This document shows, piece by piece, positions 1-7,018 of a DNA stretch of 14,834 nt. Position 1 is the stretch's first letter; the number at the start of each line of letters is the position of its first letter. The stretch lies in the IMG/VR virus record IMGVR_UViG_3300012324_000001. The stretch is one strand, 5' to 3'. The notes below the pieces were generated by a model that saw only the letters and a program-made list of their open reading frames with translations, was not told the origin of the DNA and searched no databases. Both the position numbers and the translations under genes were made by a program. The stretch comes from a virus.

Positions 1-764
1 ATGTAATGGTGTGGTCTGGTAGCGCGTGGGAAAACGTGGGGCAGATTCAAGGCCCCGCGGGTCCTGAGGGCCCTCGAGGCGCTACAGGTGAGCAAGGCCC
101 CACGGGTGCTCGAGGCGCTACGGGTGCTCGAGGTGCTACGGGCCCTGAGGGTCCTAAGGGTGCTCAGGGCGAGCCCGGCCCCGCGGGCCCCGCTGGCCCT
201 CAGGGCCTACCGGGCCCTAAGGGTGACACGGGCGACCGCGGCCCCACGGGTGCTACGGGCCCTCGAGGCGCTACGGGCGCTAAGGGTGACACGGGCCCCG
301 CGGGCCCGGCCGGTCCTGAGGCCCCGAAATACTACGGAATTTTACGCTGGTCTGGTAGCTGGTATAACCCGCCAGCTAATCAGTTCACCCGCCTGAGGGC
401 TAACTCTAATGGTCGCCTATATGTGTATTTCGACCGCGGACAGGTCGCTCAGCAAAATGGCGATGACCCGTGCCTCATCGCCCCGGTCGATGGCCTCTAC
501 CTACTCAGCGCCAAGCAGACGTGGGGCAATGGTAACGCCGTTAAAGCTATGGGGCTAGGTGGTTCCACAACGGACGGCATGAAAGACGTTGCGCTATGGC
601 AGGATGTTGTTAATTCATCGTTCGGTATGGTGACCGCTCTAGTGTGGCTAACTCAAGGCACGACACTTTACCCCTGGACCTTTAACAGCTCTAATACTGG
701 CATGAGCCCCGCGGACCGTGGCGTGACATCCGAGTACTCTATGTGTCTCATCGCTCAGCGCTAG
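1..764 (+). CDS. Collagen-like minor tail protein / tail fibre, C-terminal part. The ORF is open from the window start (frame of nt 3) and continues the ORF that starts at 14251 across the circular junction.
   Basis: 30 uninterrupted Gly-X-Y triplets (nt 51-320) followed by a ~150-aa non-collagen C-terminal domain; stop TAG 762-764. nt 1-127 are identical to 14708-14834, so the reading frame is continuous with 14251..14834. Confidence 0.7.
   Translation, partial: VMVWSGSAWENVGQIQGPAGPEGPRGATGEQGPTGARGATGARGATGPEGPKGAQGEPGPAGPAGPQGLPGPKGDTGDRGPTGATGPRGATGAKGDTGPAGPAGPEAPKYYGILRWSGSWYNPPANQFTRLRANSNGRLYVYFDRGQVAQQNGDDPCLIAPVDGLYLLSAKQTWGNGNAVKAMGLGGSTTDGMKDVALWQDVVNSSFGMVTALVWLTQGTTLYPWTFNSSNTGMSPADRGVTSEYSMCLIAQR
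51..320 (+). repeat. Collagen-like Gly-X-Y coding repeat block 2 of the fibre gene (30 triplets). Block 1 is at 14374-14625 (28 triplets). The two blocks share many near-identical 20-40-nt segments.
   Basis: GGN-NNN-NNN periodicity. Shared segments such as cctcgaggcgctacgggtgctaagggtgacac occur in both blocks. Confidence 0.8.
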
Positions 765-834
765 ACGTGCTCGCCCTGGGCCCCGGCCTCGCTAAAAGTT
801 GCGCGGCGCGGGGCTAGTGGTGTATGTCTTAGGC

Positions 835-1104
835 ATGAGTAAACGTGATAAAAGGCTGAAAGGCCTGAAAACTACCTACCTAATGGAGCTAACACTAGCT
901 CATATTCGCCTATCCAACCGCTACATTCGGGAACTCGAGGCTCGAGGCGTCAACATTCGTAAGCTCGCTGAGAATAGCCGCGGAACTTATATAAAGGGTG
1001 ACGAAAATCTACGCCGGGCGATGTTCGATAAACCGGCATATAAAGAGGCGAGTAAAGAGGCCTACGCGGCCGCGGACGCCCGCCTGGAAAGGATGGGAGC
1101 ATGA
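835..1104 (+). CDS. Hypothetical small basic protein (89 aa), possibly DNA-binding. The track ORF begins at TTG 799; ATG 835 is preferred.
   Basis: ORF with coding-like codon usage; Lys/Arg-rich N-terminus (MSKRDKRLKGLK) and helical segment (SNRYIRELEARGVNIRKL). Stop TGA 1102-1104 overlaps the next ATG (ATGA). Confidence 0.45.
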   Translation: MSKRDKRLKGLKTTYLMELTLAHIRLSNRYIRELEARGVNIRKLAENSRGTYIKGDENLRRAMFDKPAYKEASKEAYAAADARLERMGA

Positions 1105-1436
1105 CCGCGCGCCATATTGCGGACCTCGAGCCGGACGAACTAATCAGCCGCCTATTCGCATATTCCAACCTCCACGGGCGATGCGTTAGAGTGCTAAGAG
1201 ACCGTGGATTATACAATGGTGACATATTAAGAAAGTCACACAACTCATTCAAAGACGGTAGAAACTCTATTACTGAGGATGATTCCTCTGCTATGGAGTG
1301 GATTCGATTCATCGTTGGTGAGTCATTCCAGCCCGTGTTTGCGGACCCGGCAGAGGAGCTCGAGCGCCTTAAGCGCTACCTTATTACCGCGTCTCTAGTC
1401 GCCGCGGAGTCTGGGGCCCTGGACGATGAGCAATAA
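1101..1436 (+). CDS. Hypothetical protein (111 aa), in a locally AT-rich patch.
   Basis: ATG 1101 overlaps the upstream stop (ATGA translational coupling). Local GC is markedly lower (~45-50% over 1180-1330) than the structural genes. Confidence 0.5.
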   Translation: MTARHIADLEPDELISRLFAYSNLHGRCVRVLRDRGLYNGDILRKSHNSFKDGRNSITEDDSSAMEWIRFIVGESFQPVFADPAEELERLKRYLITASLVAAESGALDDEQ

Positions 1437-1602
1437 CGAGAATTGCCCCTATTGTCGAGACCACGTACCACATAGACGCACCCCGATTCATTGTGACGTA
1501 TGCGGGCGAGTATTCGCCGCTTATCACGTCCCCGCTGAGAATAACGGGGCGAGAGAATGTGCTGATTGCCGGGCGAAACGTGTAGGGGAGTTGCTATTCT
1601 GA
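1426..1602 (+). CDS. Small zinc-ribbon-like protein (58 aa): MSNNENCPYCRDHVPHRRTPIHCDVCGRVFAAYHVPAENNGARECADCRAKRVGELLF. Not in the ORF track (<60 aa).
   Basis: Three CxxC pairs (C7/C10, C24/C27, C45/C48). ATG 1426 overlaps the end of the upstream gene (ATGAGCAATAA); stop TGA 1600-1602. Confidence 0.4.
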   Translation: MSNNENCPYCRDHVPHRRTPIHCDVCGRVFAAYHVPAENNGARECADCRAKRVGELLF

Positions 1603-2117
1603 GCCGCGTCGTATATAACTTAAATCGTAGGGCCTAACGCTCGAGGGTTTCCCATTTTACTCTCAACTATTGCATGGGTCGCTAGGCCCTACACCCCTAG
1701 AGATTGATGAGGGTTAATTCCTATTTCCGTCGCACCACCGCGGAATTAGCCCTCATGGGTCGCTAGGAAAGACAATAACTAGATGACTCATTAGCCTACG
1801 TCGGGCTCAAAGCAGACGGACCCCCAGCTTATGATGTGAGTACTGGGAACCAACAACCACATGCGCTCAAGAGCTTTCGCTGAATACTCAAAGAGCTGGA
1901 CGTAGCGCCCCGGCTCTACCCCGCCCGATTAGCTACCGGACAGGGTTCGGCACTAAAGAGCCGCTTGTGCAAAAAGGCACAGGTGGCTATTAGTCGTGGG
2001 ATGACGTCGGAAAGCGGTCAAAACTGGGAATTTTCCACTGGGGGGTCATCGGGAAAATAATTCCCCTTAGGGGATTCCTATAAGTAGCTACCCTAGCCCG
2101 TGCATACCTAGTAAAGG
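1603..2117. promoter_or_regulatory. 515-bp non-coding region with nested direct and inverted repeats. Candidate promoter/operator region, replication origin or structured RNA.
   Basis: No ORF >=60 aa on either strand. 14-bp direct repeat CATGGGTCGCTAGG at 1673-1686 and 1754-1767. 14-bp inverted repeat TGAGGGTTAATTCC (1708-1721) / GGAATTAGCCCTCA (1742-1755), with one mismatch and a 20-nt loop. 9-bp inverted repeat GTAGGGCCT (1627-1635) / AGGCCCTAC (1684-1692). Recurring GGAATT/AATTCC half-sites. Confidence 0.4.
1965..1993 (+). promoter_or_regulatory. Candidate sigma70-like promoter (TTGTGC - 17 bp - TATTAG) upstream of the WhiB-HNH-terminase gene block.
   Basis: -35-like TTGTGC 1965-1970, 17-bp spacer, -10-like TATTAG 1988-1993, ~125-135 nt upstream of the 2118/2127 start. 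Confidence 0.2.
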
Positions 2118-2636
2118 ATGGATGACATGACCGCCCCCACGATGAGTCTCCAAGATATCGCTGAACGTTATGAGAGTGCTCAGTGTGTGAAGTATGGCCG
2201 TCCTACTGATTGGGATGTTGAGGGCGCGGGCTCATGGTGGGGTCTCATGCCCTCGAGGCCGCCCCGCTACGTAACTCAGCTCATGGCGGCTGCTCTATGC
2301 GAGGATTGCCCGTTGCTGAGTATGTGTGCCTCTGACGCGCTCAGGGAGCGCCCTACTGGCGTCATACGGGCGGGCCTACCCGTTACGAGGGGTGACAGGC
2401 CGCCATCATGGCAGGAGTCTATCTGGCGCGCCGTAGCGGCCGGAGGGGGCCTCAGGCGCTCTATCGCTGGACTCTCTGGTGATTGGGACCCGGCCGCCGC
2501 CGTGGCATGGATTGACAGGTATCGCCCCTGGACCTCACGGGACCTAGCCCGGCTACCCCTGAGGGCCCGGCTCATAGGGGCCCGCCCTGAGGGTGCCCGG
2601 GGGTCCCGCGGGGCCCGGGGTAGGGGGCGAGCCTAG
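2118..2636 (+). CDS. WhiB-like (Wbl) Fe-S cluster transcription factor with an Arg/Gly-rich C-terminal tail. A more likely start is ATG 2127 (spacing 6 from RBS AAAGGATGG).
   Basis: Cys pattern C23...C61-x2-C64-x5-C70 (ALCEDCPLLSMCASDAL) followed by GVIRAG, matching the WhiB C-x2-C-x5-C plus GVWGG turn. Ends in ARGSRGARGRGRA. Confidence 0.6.
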   Translation: MDDMTAPTMSLQDIAERYESAQCVKYGRPTDWDVEGAGSWWGLMPSRPPRYVTQLMAAALCEDCPLLSMCASDALRERPTGVIRAGLPVTRGDRPPSWQESIWRAVAAGGGLRRSIAGLSGDWDPAAAVAWIDRYRPWTSRDLARLPLRARLIGARPEGARGSRGARGRGRA

Positions 2637-2905
2637 TGGCTGAGGGGTGGAGCGGACGTCGCGCTCAGCGACTGGTTAAAGCTACGCTCGCTCGCTATGG
2701 AGATGTGTGTCATCTATGCGGTCGACGCGGAGCAACATCAGCGGACCACATCATTCCTCGAGCTCATGGCGGCGATGACTCGCTAGATAACTTGCGTCCT
2801 GCTCATGTATCGTGTAATAGCTCGAGAGGTAAGATGAGTTTGGATGAATGGAGAGCAAAACATCCGCTGAAAGTCAACCGAGTCGCGCCAAGTAGAAAGT
2901 GGTAA
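2636..2905 (+). CDS. HNH endonuclease (89 aa), terminase-associated type.
   Basis: CHLCG...ADHIIPRAHGGDDSLDNLRPAHVSCNSSRG carries the HNH His/Asn motif and zinc ligands. GTG start overlaps the upstream stop. Lies immediately upstream of the putative cos site and terminase genes. Confidence 0.8.
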   Translation: MAEGWSGRRAQRLVKATLARYGDVCHLCGRRGATSADHIIPRAHGGDDSLDNLRPAHVSCNSSRGKMSLDEWRAKHPLKVNRVAPSRKW

Positions 2906-3064
2906 TTGTCACAAAAATGGTTCGGACTTTTTTTAAAAACGGACTACGGGACACCCCACGCGCCAGCGTGTTCCTTTCTCCCCGGTAGAGGGTGCCCGGG
3001 GTCGTCCCCTACCCCCTACCCCCCTTAAAATCAAGTTGGCGAGAAAATAGGAGAAAATAAAGCT
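2906..3064. promoter_or_regulatory. Candidate cos / packaging-recognition region between the HNH and TerS genes.
   Basis: 159-bp intergenic gap with an unusual T7A5 tract (2928-2940) flanked by CGGACT direct repeats (2923-2928, 2940-2945). Also a C-rich (CCCCTAC)n tract at 3006-3026 and a GAGAAAATA x2 tandem (3041-3059). Assignment rests on position between HNH and TerS, as in HNH-dependent cos phages. Confidence 0.3.
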
Positions 3065-3388
3065 ATGAGTGAAGCACTATTCAACATTGAGCGCCCTAAG
3101 GGGCGGCATGCTGCCATGCTCGAGACTGCTATCGAGGCCGCTCGAGAGTCTAGCCTCATTGAGGCGGTAGACGAGGGCCTGATATCCATTGCTCGAGCCA
3201 ACGCGCTCGCCCTGGACGAAGCGGAGGCCTCCCCCAAGCCGTACTATCCGATTGCTCAACTAACGGGACCCTATCGGGAAGTGCTCGAGGCCCTGCAAAT
3301 GACCCCTGAAACTCGAGAGGCTAAGGCAAATGACGAACTCACCGTCGCTCTGCGAGAGCTATCCACGCCCGCGGTTCGGAACGCCTAG
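3065..3388 (+). CDS. Putative terminase small subunit (107 aa, helical, acidic).
   Basis: Position directly upstream of TerL and downstream of HNH/cos; small size. No diagnostic motif, so the call is positional. Confidence 0.4.
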   Translation: MSEALFNIERPKGRHAAMLETAIEAARESSLIEAVDEGLISIARANALALDEAEASPKPYYPIAQLTGPYREVLEALQMTPETREAKANDELTVALRELSTPAVRNA

Positions 3389-3428
3389 ACCTACCGGCCC
3401 TACGTGGGGCCCGGCTATCTGTAAAATC

Positions 3429-4775
3429 ATGGATTGGCTAGGCACCCCTGCTATGCCGTGGCAAGAGTACGCCGCGGACGTGATAGGCGAGATTGACCCT
3501 CGTACTGGACTAGCCCGCTGGCCGATGGTGATTATTTCCGTACCACGACAGGCCGGAAAGACCACACTGGTACTCGCCGCGTGTCTACACCGCATGCTCA
3601 CGGGCGAGAAACGCCGCGTGTGGTCCACGGCTCAGACGGGCCTCAAGGCTCGCAAAAAGTGGCTCGAGCAAGTAGAAACTATTGAGTCTGACGCCTTTCC
3701 CTTGCGCGAGCTATTCCAGACGAAAAAGTCTCAGGGTAGCGAGCAACTTTCCATCCCGCGCCTGGGCTCGCATTTCTCACCACACCCGCCCTCTGAGGAT
3801 TCGCTACATGGTGAACAATCTGACCTTAATTTCATCGATGAGGGCTGGGTATTCGATGAGGCTCAGGCTCAGGCGCTCATGCAAGCTATCGTTCCTACGC
3901 AAACTACGCGCCCTGGCGCTCAAACAATCATCGTTAGCACGATGGGCACCGCCTCGAGCACCTGGTTTCATGGGCTCGTGGATAAGGCGAAATTGCCCGG
4001 CTCAAAAATCGCCCTGCTCGAGTGGGGTATCGGACCGGATGATGATCCATCTGACCTCGAGACAGTCGCTCATCATCACCCCGCATACGGGCATACTCTG
4101 AACATGCACGCCCTCGAGGCGGCCCGGGAACAGCTCGCCCCGGCTGAGTTTGCGCGTGCATACGGGAATAGACCTACCGGCGCTAGGGAGCGCTTTATTC
4201 CGCTCGAGGCGTGGGAGTCTGCACAATCTGAGCTAATGATTCCCGATGACGCGCCCGTGACTTTTGGCGCGGCCGTATCGATGGACCGTACCGAAGTTGC
4301 TATCGCCGCCGCTGCATTCGGAGAGGATGGAGTCCCGATTATTGAGATGGTCGACGTTCGCCCTGGCACGGGGTGGGCGCTTAAGCGCCTCGAGTCACTG
4401 TGTGAGCGCCACGACGCGCCGCCGCCGCTAGTGGACCGCATAGGTCCTAGCGGAACATTGGTTGACCAACTGAAACAGGTAGACCTCGAGCCGCCGAAGT
4501 TCTACGCCCGGGACCTCGCTACCGCATGCGCGGACCTCATGGACCGTATTACCCGCGTCGATGTGGATGGCGTGGCCTCGCCGGATGTGCATATTCGCCC
4601 CGATGAGTCGCTAGATATGGCCGCGGAACTAGCGGAACAACGTCGCATGGGTGACGCTTGGGCATGGGACCGTAAACGCCCGGCCGGTTCCATTGCCTCG
4701 CTCGAGGCCGCCACTCTCGCCCTTTACGCCCTCATCCACCGCCCGGCCCCGCCCGTGGCACCCGCTATCTACTAA
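3429..4775 (+). CDS. Terminase large subunit (ATPase + nuclease). The track ORF starts at 3330, but that start overlaps TerS by 59 nt; ATG 3429 is preferred.
   Basis: Walker A VPRQAGKTT and Walker B-like NFIDEGWVFDE. N-terminus LGTPAMPWQEYAADVIGE is typical of Terminase_1/6. C-terminal acidic nuclease-like region. Confidence 0.85.
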   Translation: MDWLGTPAMPWQEYAADVIGEIDPRTGLARWPMVIISVPRQAGKTTLVLAACLHRMLTGEKRRVWSTAQTGLKARKKWLEQVETIESDAFPLRELFQTKKSQGSEQLSIPRLGSHFSPHPPSEDSLHGEQSDLNFIDEGWVFDEAQAQALMQAIVPTQTTRPGAQTIIVSTMGTASSTWFHGLVDKAKLPGSKIALLEWGIGPDDDPSDLETVAHHHPAYGHTLNMHALEAAREQLAPAEFARAYGNRPTGARERFIPLEAWESAQSELMIPDDAPVTFGAAVSMDRTEVAIAAAAFGEDGVPIIEMVDVRPGTGWALKRLESLCERHDAPPPLVDRIGPSGTLVDQLKQVDLEPPKFYARDLATACADLMDRITRVDVDGVASPDVHIRPDESLDMAAELAEQRRMGDAWAWDRKRPAGSIASLEAATLALYALIHRPAPPVAPAIY

Positions 4776-4783
4776 GGAATTTC

Positions 4784-4993
4784 ATGGAGCCGTATCTGAA
4801 AATAGATGAGTCTGTATTCTGCACTCTCGCTATATGCGAGAAGTGTGGATGGCGGGCGGTCATGGGCGCGCCCGCTACCGCCTGGAAAGAGCTGGCACTG
4901 CACGCTAAGGTTGCTCACGATGACCGACACGCCACTAACGCGGCGCGGCATGCTATGTGGTGGCACCGCCAGCGCTCAGTTCGACGCCGCTAG
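4784..4993 (+). CDS. Small Cys/His-rich hypothetical protein (69 aa) between TerL and the portal.
   Basis: Good RBS AAGGAA 4774-4779 before ATG 4784. CTLAICEKCGW plus a His-rich stretch (HAKVAHDDRHATNAARHAMWWH) suggest a possible metal-binding site. Confidence 0.4.
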   Translation: MEPYLKIDESVFCTLAICEKCGWRAVMGAPATAWKELALHAKVAHDDRHATNAARHAMWWHRQRSVRRR

Positions 4994-5017
4994 ACTGCAT
5001 GGAGCCTAATTAGCCGT

Positions 5018-6079
5018 ATGGGAATTTTTAGCCGTATCCGAAACGCCCTCAACGCCCCGGCGCTCTATCACCCGAACGCGATAGCGAGCCCGCTCTCATC
5101 CGGTGATATCCTCGCCCCGGTATTCGCTGGACTGGACCTCCCCGCCCTGGATGGAGCCGTAACCCGCGATATGGCTATGGCCGTGCCCGCGCTCGCTCGA
5201 GCTCGTAGCCTCATATGTTCAACTATCGCCGGTGTCCCGCTCGTATCCGTCGATGACGATGGAGACGATGACGGCCGGACGCCGGATTACATTAAGTCAA
5301 CGCTGGGAGATGTACCGCCGTATCACCGCATGCTCTGGACGGTAGACGATCTATTCTTTTACGGGTGGTCATTGTGGGCGGTAGAGCGCGATAGCCGCGG
5401 CCGCGTCCTGGACGCCGCCCGCGTACCGTATGAGATGTGGTCGATGGATAGTGAGGGGAACGTCCTGGTCGATGGCGAGCCCGCCCGCGCTGAGGATGTG
5501 TGCCTCATCCCCGGTATCTCTGAGGGTATCCTCACGACCGGCCGCGCCACTATCGCTCAGGCTCATCAGCTACTACGCGCGGCCGCCCGCGCCGCCGAAA
5601 ATCCAGCCGCTCAGGTGGAACTACATCAAACTAATGAGGCCCCGATGACAGAAGAGGATGTGGAATTTCTCATCTCTAAGTGGGCTCGAGCTCGAGCGGG
5701 TGAAAACGGGGGAGTTGCTTTCACGTCCGCTGGTATTGAGGTTAAAGAGCATGGGGCCTCGAGTGAGCACCTACTCATTGAGGGACGTAACGCGGCCGCC
5801 GTCGATATCGCCCGTCATGCTAATCTGCCCGCTACGATGGTCGACGCCACGCTATCGGGCTCGAGTCTCTCATACCAGAACACCGCCGCGAGGATGAGTG
5901 AGCTCGTAACTTTTGGCCTCTCGCCACTAATGAAAGCCGTAGCCGCCCGGCTCTCGCAAAATGACATGAGCCCGGACGGCATTCGCCTATCGTTCGATAT
6001 GGATAGGACCTTTGAGGACCTATCCCGCGTCTATTCAGCCACATCTCAGGAGGATGAACTCAATGACACTAGTAACTGA
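5018..6079 (+). CDS. Portal protein (353 aa, short HK97-family-like portal).
   Basis: Position after TerL. N-terminal region ARARSLICSTIAGVPLV...GWSLWAVERDSRG resembles the conserved portal N-terminal helix and turn. No other portal candidate in the genome. Confidence 0.6.
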   Translation: MGIFSRIRNALNAPALYHPNAIASPLSSGDILAPVFAGLDLPALDGAVTRDMAMAVPALARARSLICSTIAGVPLVSVDDDGDDDGRTPDYIKSTLGDVPPYHRMLWTVDDLFFYGWSLWAVERDSRGRVLDAARVPYEMWSMDSEGNVLVDGEPARAEDVCLIPGISEGILTTGRATIAQAHQLLRAAARAAENPAAQVELHQTNEAPMTEEDVEFLISKWARARAGENGGVAFTSAGIEVKEHGASSEHLLIEGRNAAAVDIARHANLPATMVDATLSGSSLSYQNTAARMSELVTFGLSPLMKAVAARLSQNDMSPDGIRLSFDMDRTFEDLSRVYSATSQEDELNDTSN

Positions 6080-6866
6080 TTGGTCTCAGCGATTCAATTT
6101 CGGAGGCCCGCGCCCCACTGCAAAGATTCGGAATATCTTTATCCACACGACCGAGAACCCCTTTACATCTACAGCTGAGGGTGTCGCAAACTATCAAATC
6201 TCGAGTGAGTCGGGCTCATACCACGTGCTAGTGGACCAAAGCAAGCGACTCATCTGTAATACGGATGATTGGCTCACCTGGTCTACGGGTAACTATGGAA
6301 ATGACATTGGCCTACATCTTTCGTTTGTGGCCTACGCCGCCTCAACTCGAGCTCAGTGGCTCGAGGAAGAGAAACAGCACGGGACCATTAGCCGCGCCGC
6401 GGAACAGGTCGCCGCCTGGTCCAAAAAGCACAACATCCCGCTAGTGGAAGTCGATGGTAACGGCCTACTCGCCGGACGCCGTGGCGTCTCTACCCACAAC
6501 GCGGCCCGCGTGTGGGGAAATACGGACCATACGGACCCGGGCTCAGGGTTCCCGATGGACGTCCTGCTCTCTAAGGCCGCCCGCCCTAACTCCACCCCTC
6601 AACCTAAGAAAGTAGATGACATGTTTACCGATAAAGACCGCGACCTGCTCGAGCGCGTACACCATGAGCTAACCCACAAGTTTGACAGCCGAGCCGACCT
6701 GGACGCCAAAAAGCCTAACCCGTTCAAAGATACGGCTATTGGCTACGCACTCGAGGCAGATAAAAAGCTCGAGCTCGCCCCCGGCTCTAAGCTCGCTGAG
6801 GCATTCGACCACCTAGCCGCGGAACTAGCGGAAGTAAAATCGCTACTGACTAAGCGGGTGGACTAA
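6063..6866 (+). CDS. N-acetylmuramoyl-L-alanine amidase (Amidase_2/PGRP) endolysin with a C-terminal helical extension. The track start 6012 is replaced by ATG 6063.
   Basis: Amidase_2 signature residues: IHTTE (Zn His), SYHVLVD, NDIGLHLSF, and THNAARVWGNTDHTDPGSGFP (His...H.DP). RBS AGGAGGA 6048-6054 lies 8 nt before ATG 6063. Confidence 0.8.
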   Translation: MTLVTDWSQRFNFGGPRPTAKIRNIFIHTTENPFTSTAEGVANYQISSESGSYHVLVDQSKRLICNTDDWLTWSTGNYGNDIGLHLSFVAYAASTRAQWLEEEKQHGTISRAAEQVAAWSKKHNIPLVEVDGNGLLAGRRGVSTHNAARVWGNTDHTDPGSGFPMDVLLSKAARPNSTPQPKKVDDMFTDKDRDLLERVHHELTHKFDSRADLDAKKPNPFKDTAIGYALEADKKLELAPGSKLAEAFDHLAAELAEVKSLLTKRVD

Positions 6867-7018
6867 TGACCGCGCTCGCTATCGTGATGTGCCTAGTGTG
6901 CTCTATCGCCGGAGGCCTCGCCGCCGGGGCGATAGGGGCCCTCATCGTGCTAGATTCGATGGCTCGCCATGCGCCCGGTCATGCTAGAGCGCATGAGCAC
7001 CGAGCCACCACCACCTAG
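6866..7018 (+). CDS. Holin-like small membrane protein (50 aa): MTALAIVMCLVCSIAGGLAAGAIGALIVLDSMARHAPGHARAHEHRATTT. Not in the track.
   Basis: ATG overlaps the amidase stop (TAATG). ~30 hydrophobic residues followed by a charged His/Arg C-terminal tail, the classic holin layout. Confidence 0.35.
   Translation: MTALAIVMCLVCSIAGGLAAGAIGALIVLDSMARHAPGHARAHEHRATTT

Noticed and set aside
51-320. Possible CRISPR array or DGR variable repeat suggested by the periodic repeats
   Set aside because: Periodicity is 9 nt (Gly-X-Y codons) inside an intact ORF. There are no ~30-bp identical repeats with unique spacers, no cas genes and no reverse transcriptase anywhere in the genome.
88-396. 102-aa Arg/Ala/Leu-rich + strand ORF (and its twin at 14393-14701)
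   Set aside because: Alternative reading frame of the GC-rich collagen Gly-X-Y coding repeat. Low-complexity R/A/L/P composition is typical of frame-shifted GGN repeats, and the real frame is the Gly-X-Y one.
765-834. Rho-independent terminator after the fibre gene
   Set aside because: Only a weak 5-bp GC stem (CCCCG...CGGGG) with a long loop and no U-tract. Not convincing.
1930-1960. Possible tRNA (GGTTCGG T-loop-like motif at ~1943)
   Set aside because: No acceptor-stem complementarity or cloverleaf could be built around it, so it is not reported as a tRNA.
3682-4101. 139-aa + strand ORF inside terL (also 998-1189, 5430-5648, 5658-5897, 4806-5009)
   Set aside because: Alternative-frame ORFs nested in stronger genes with no independent RBS or recognisable domain.
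950-6595. Other minus-strand ORFs of 60-121 aa (950-1312, 2276-2575, 3031-3259, 3359-3628, 3934-4441, 4502-4714, 5359-5566, 5832-6044, 6353-6595) and later ones (6950-7180, 7305-7683, 9997-10215, 11208-11414, 12822-13159, 13576-13782, 13936-14133)
   Set aside because: All lie antisense within confident + strand genes in GC-rich DNA, where stop codons are rare. The genome shows strict single-strand gene organisation with translational coupling, so these are treated as spurious.
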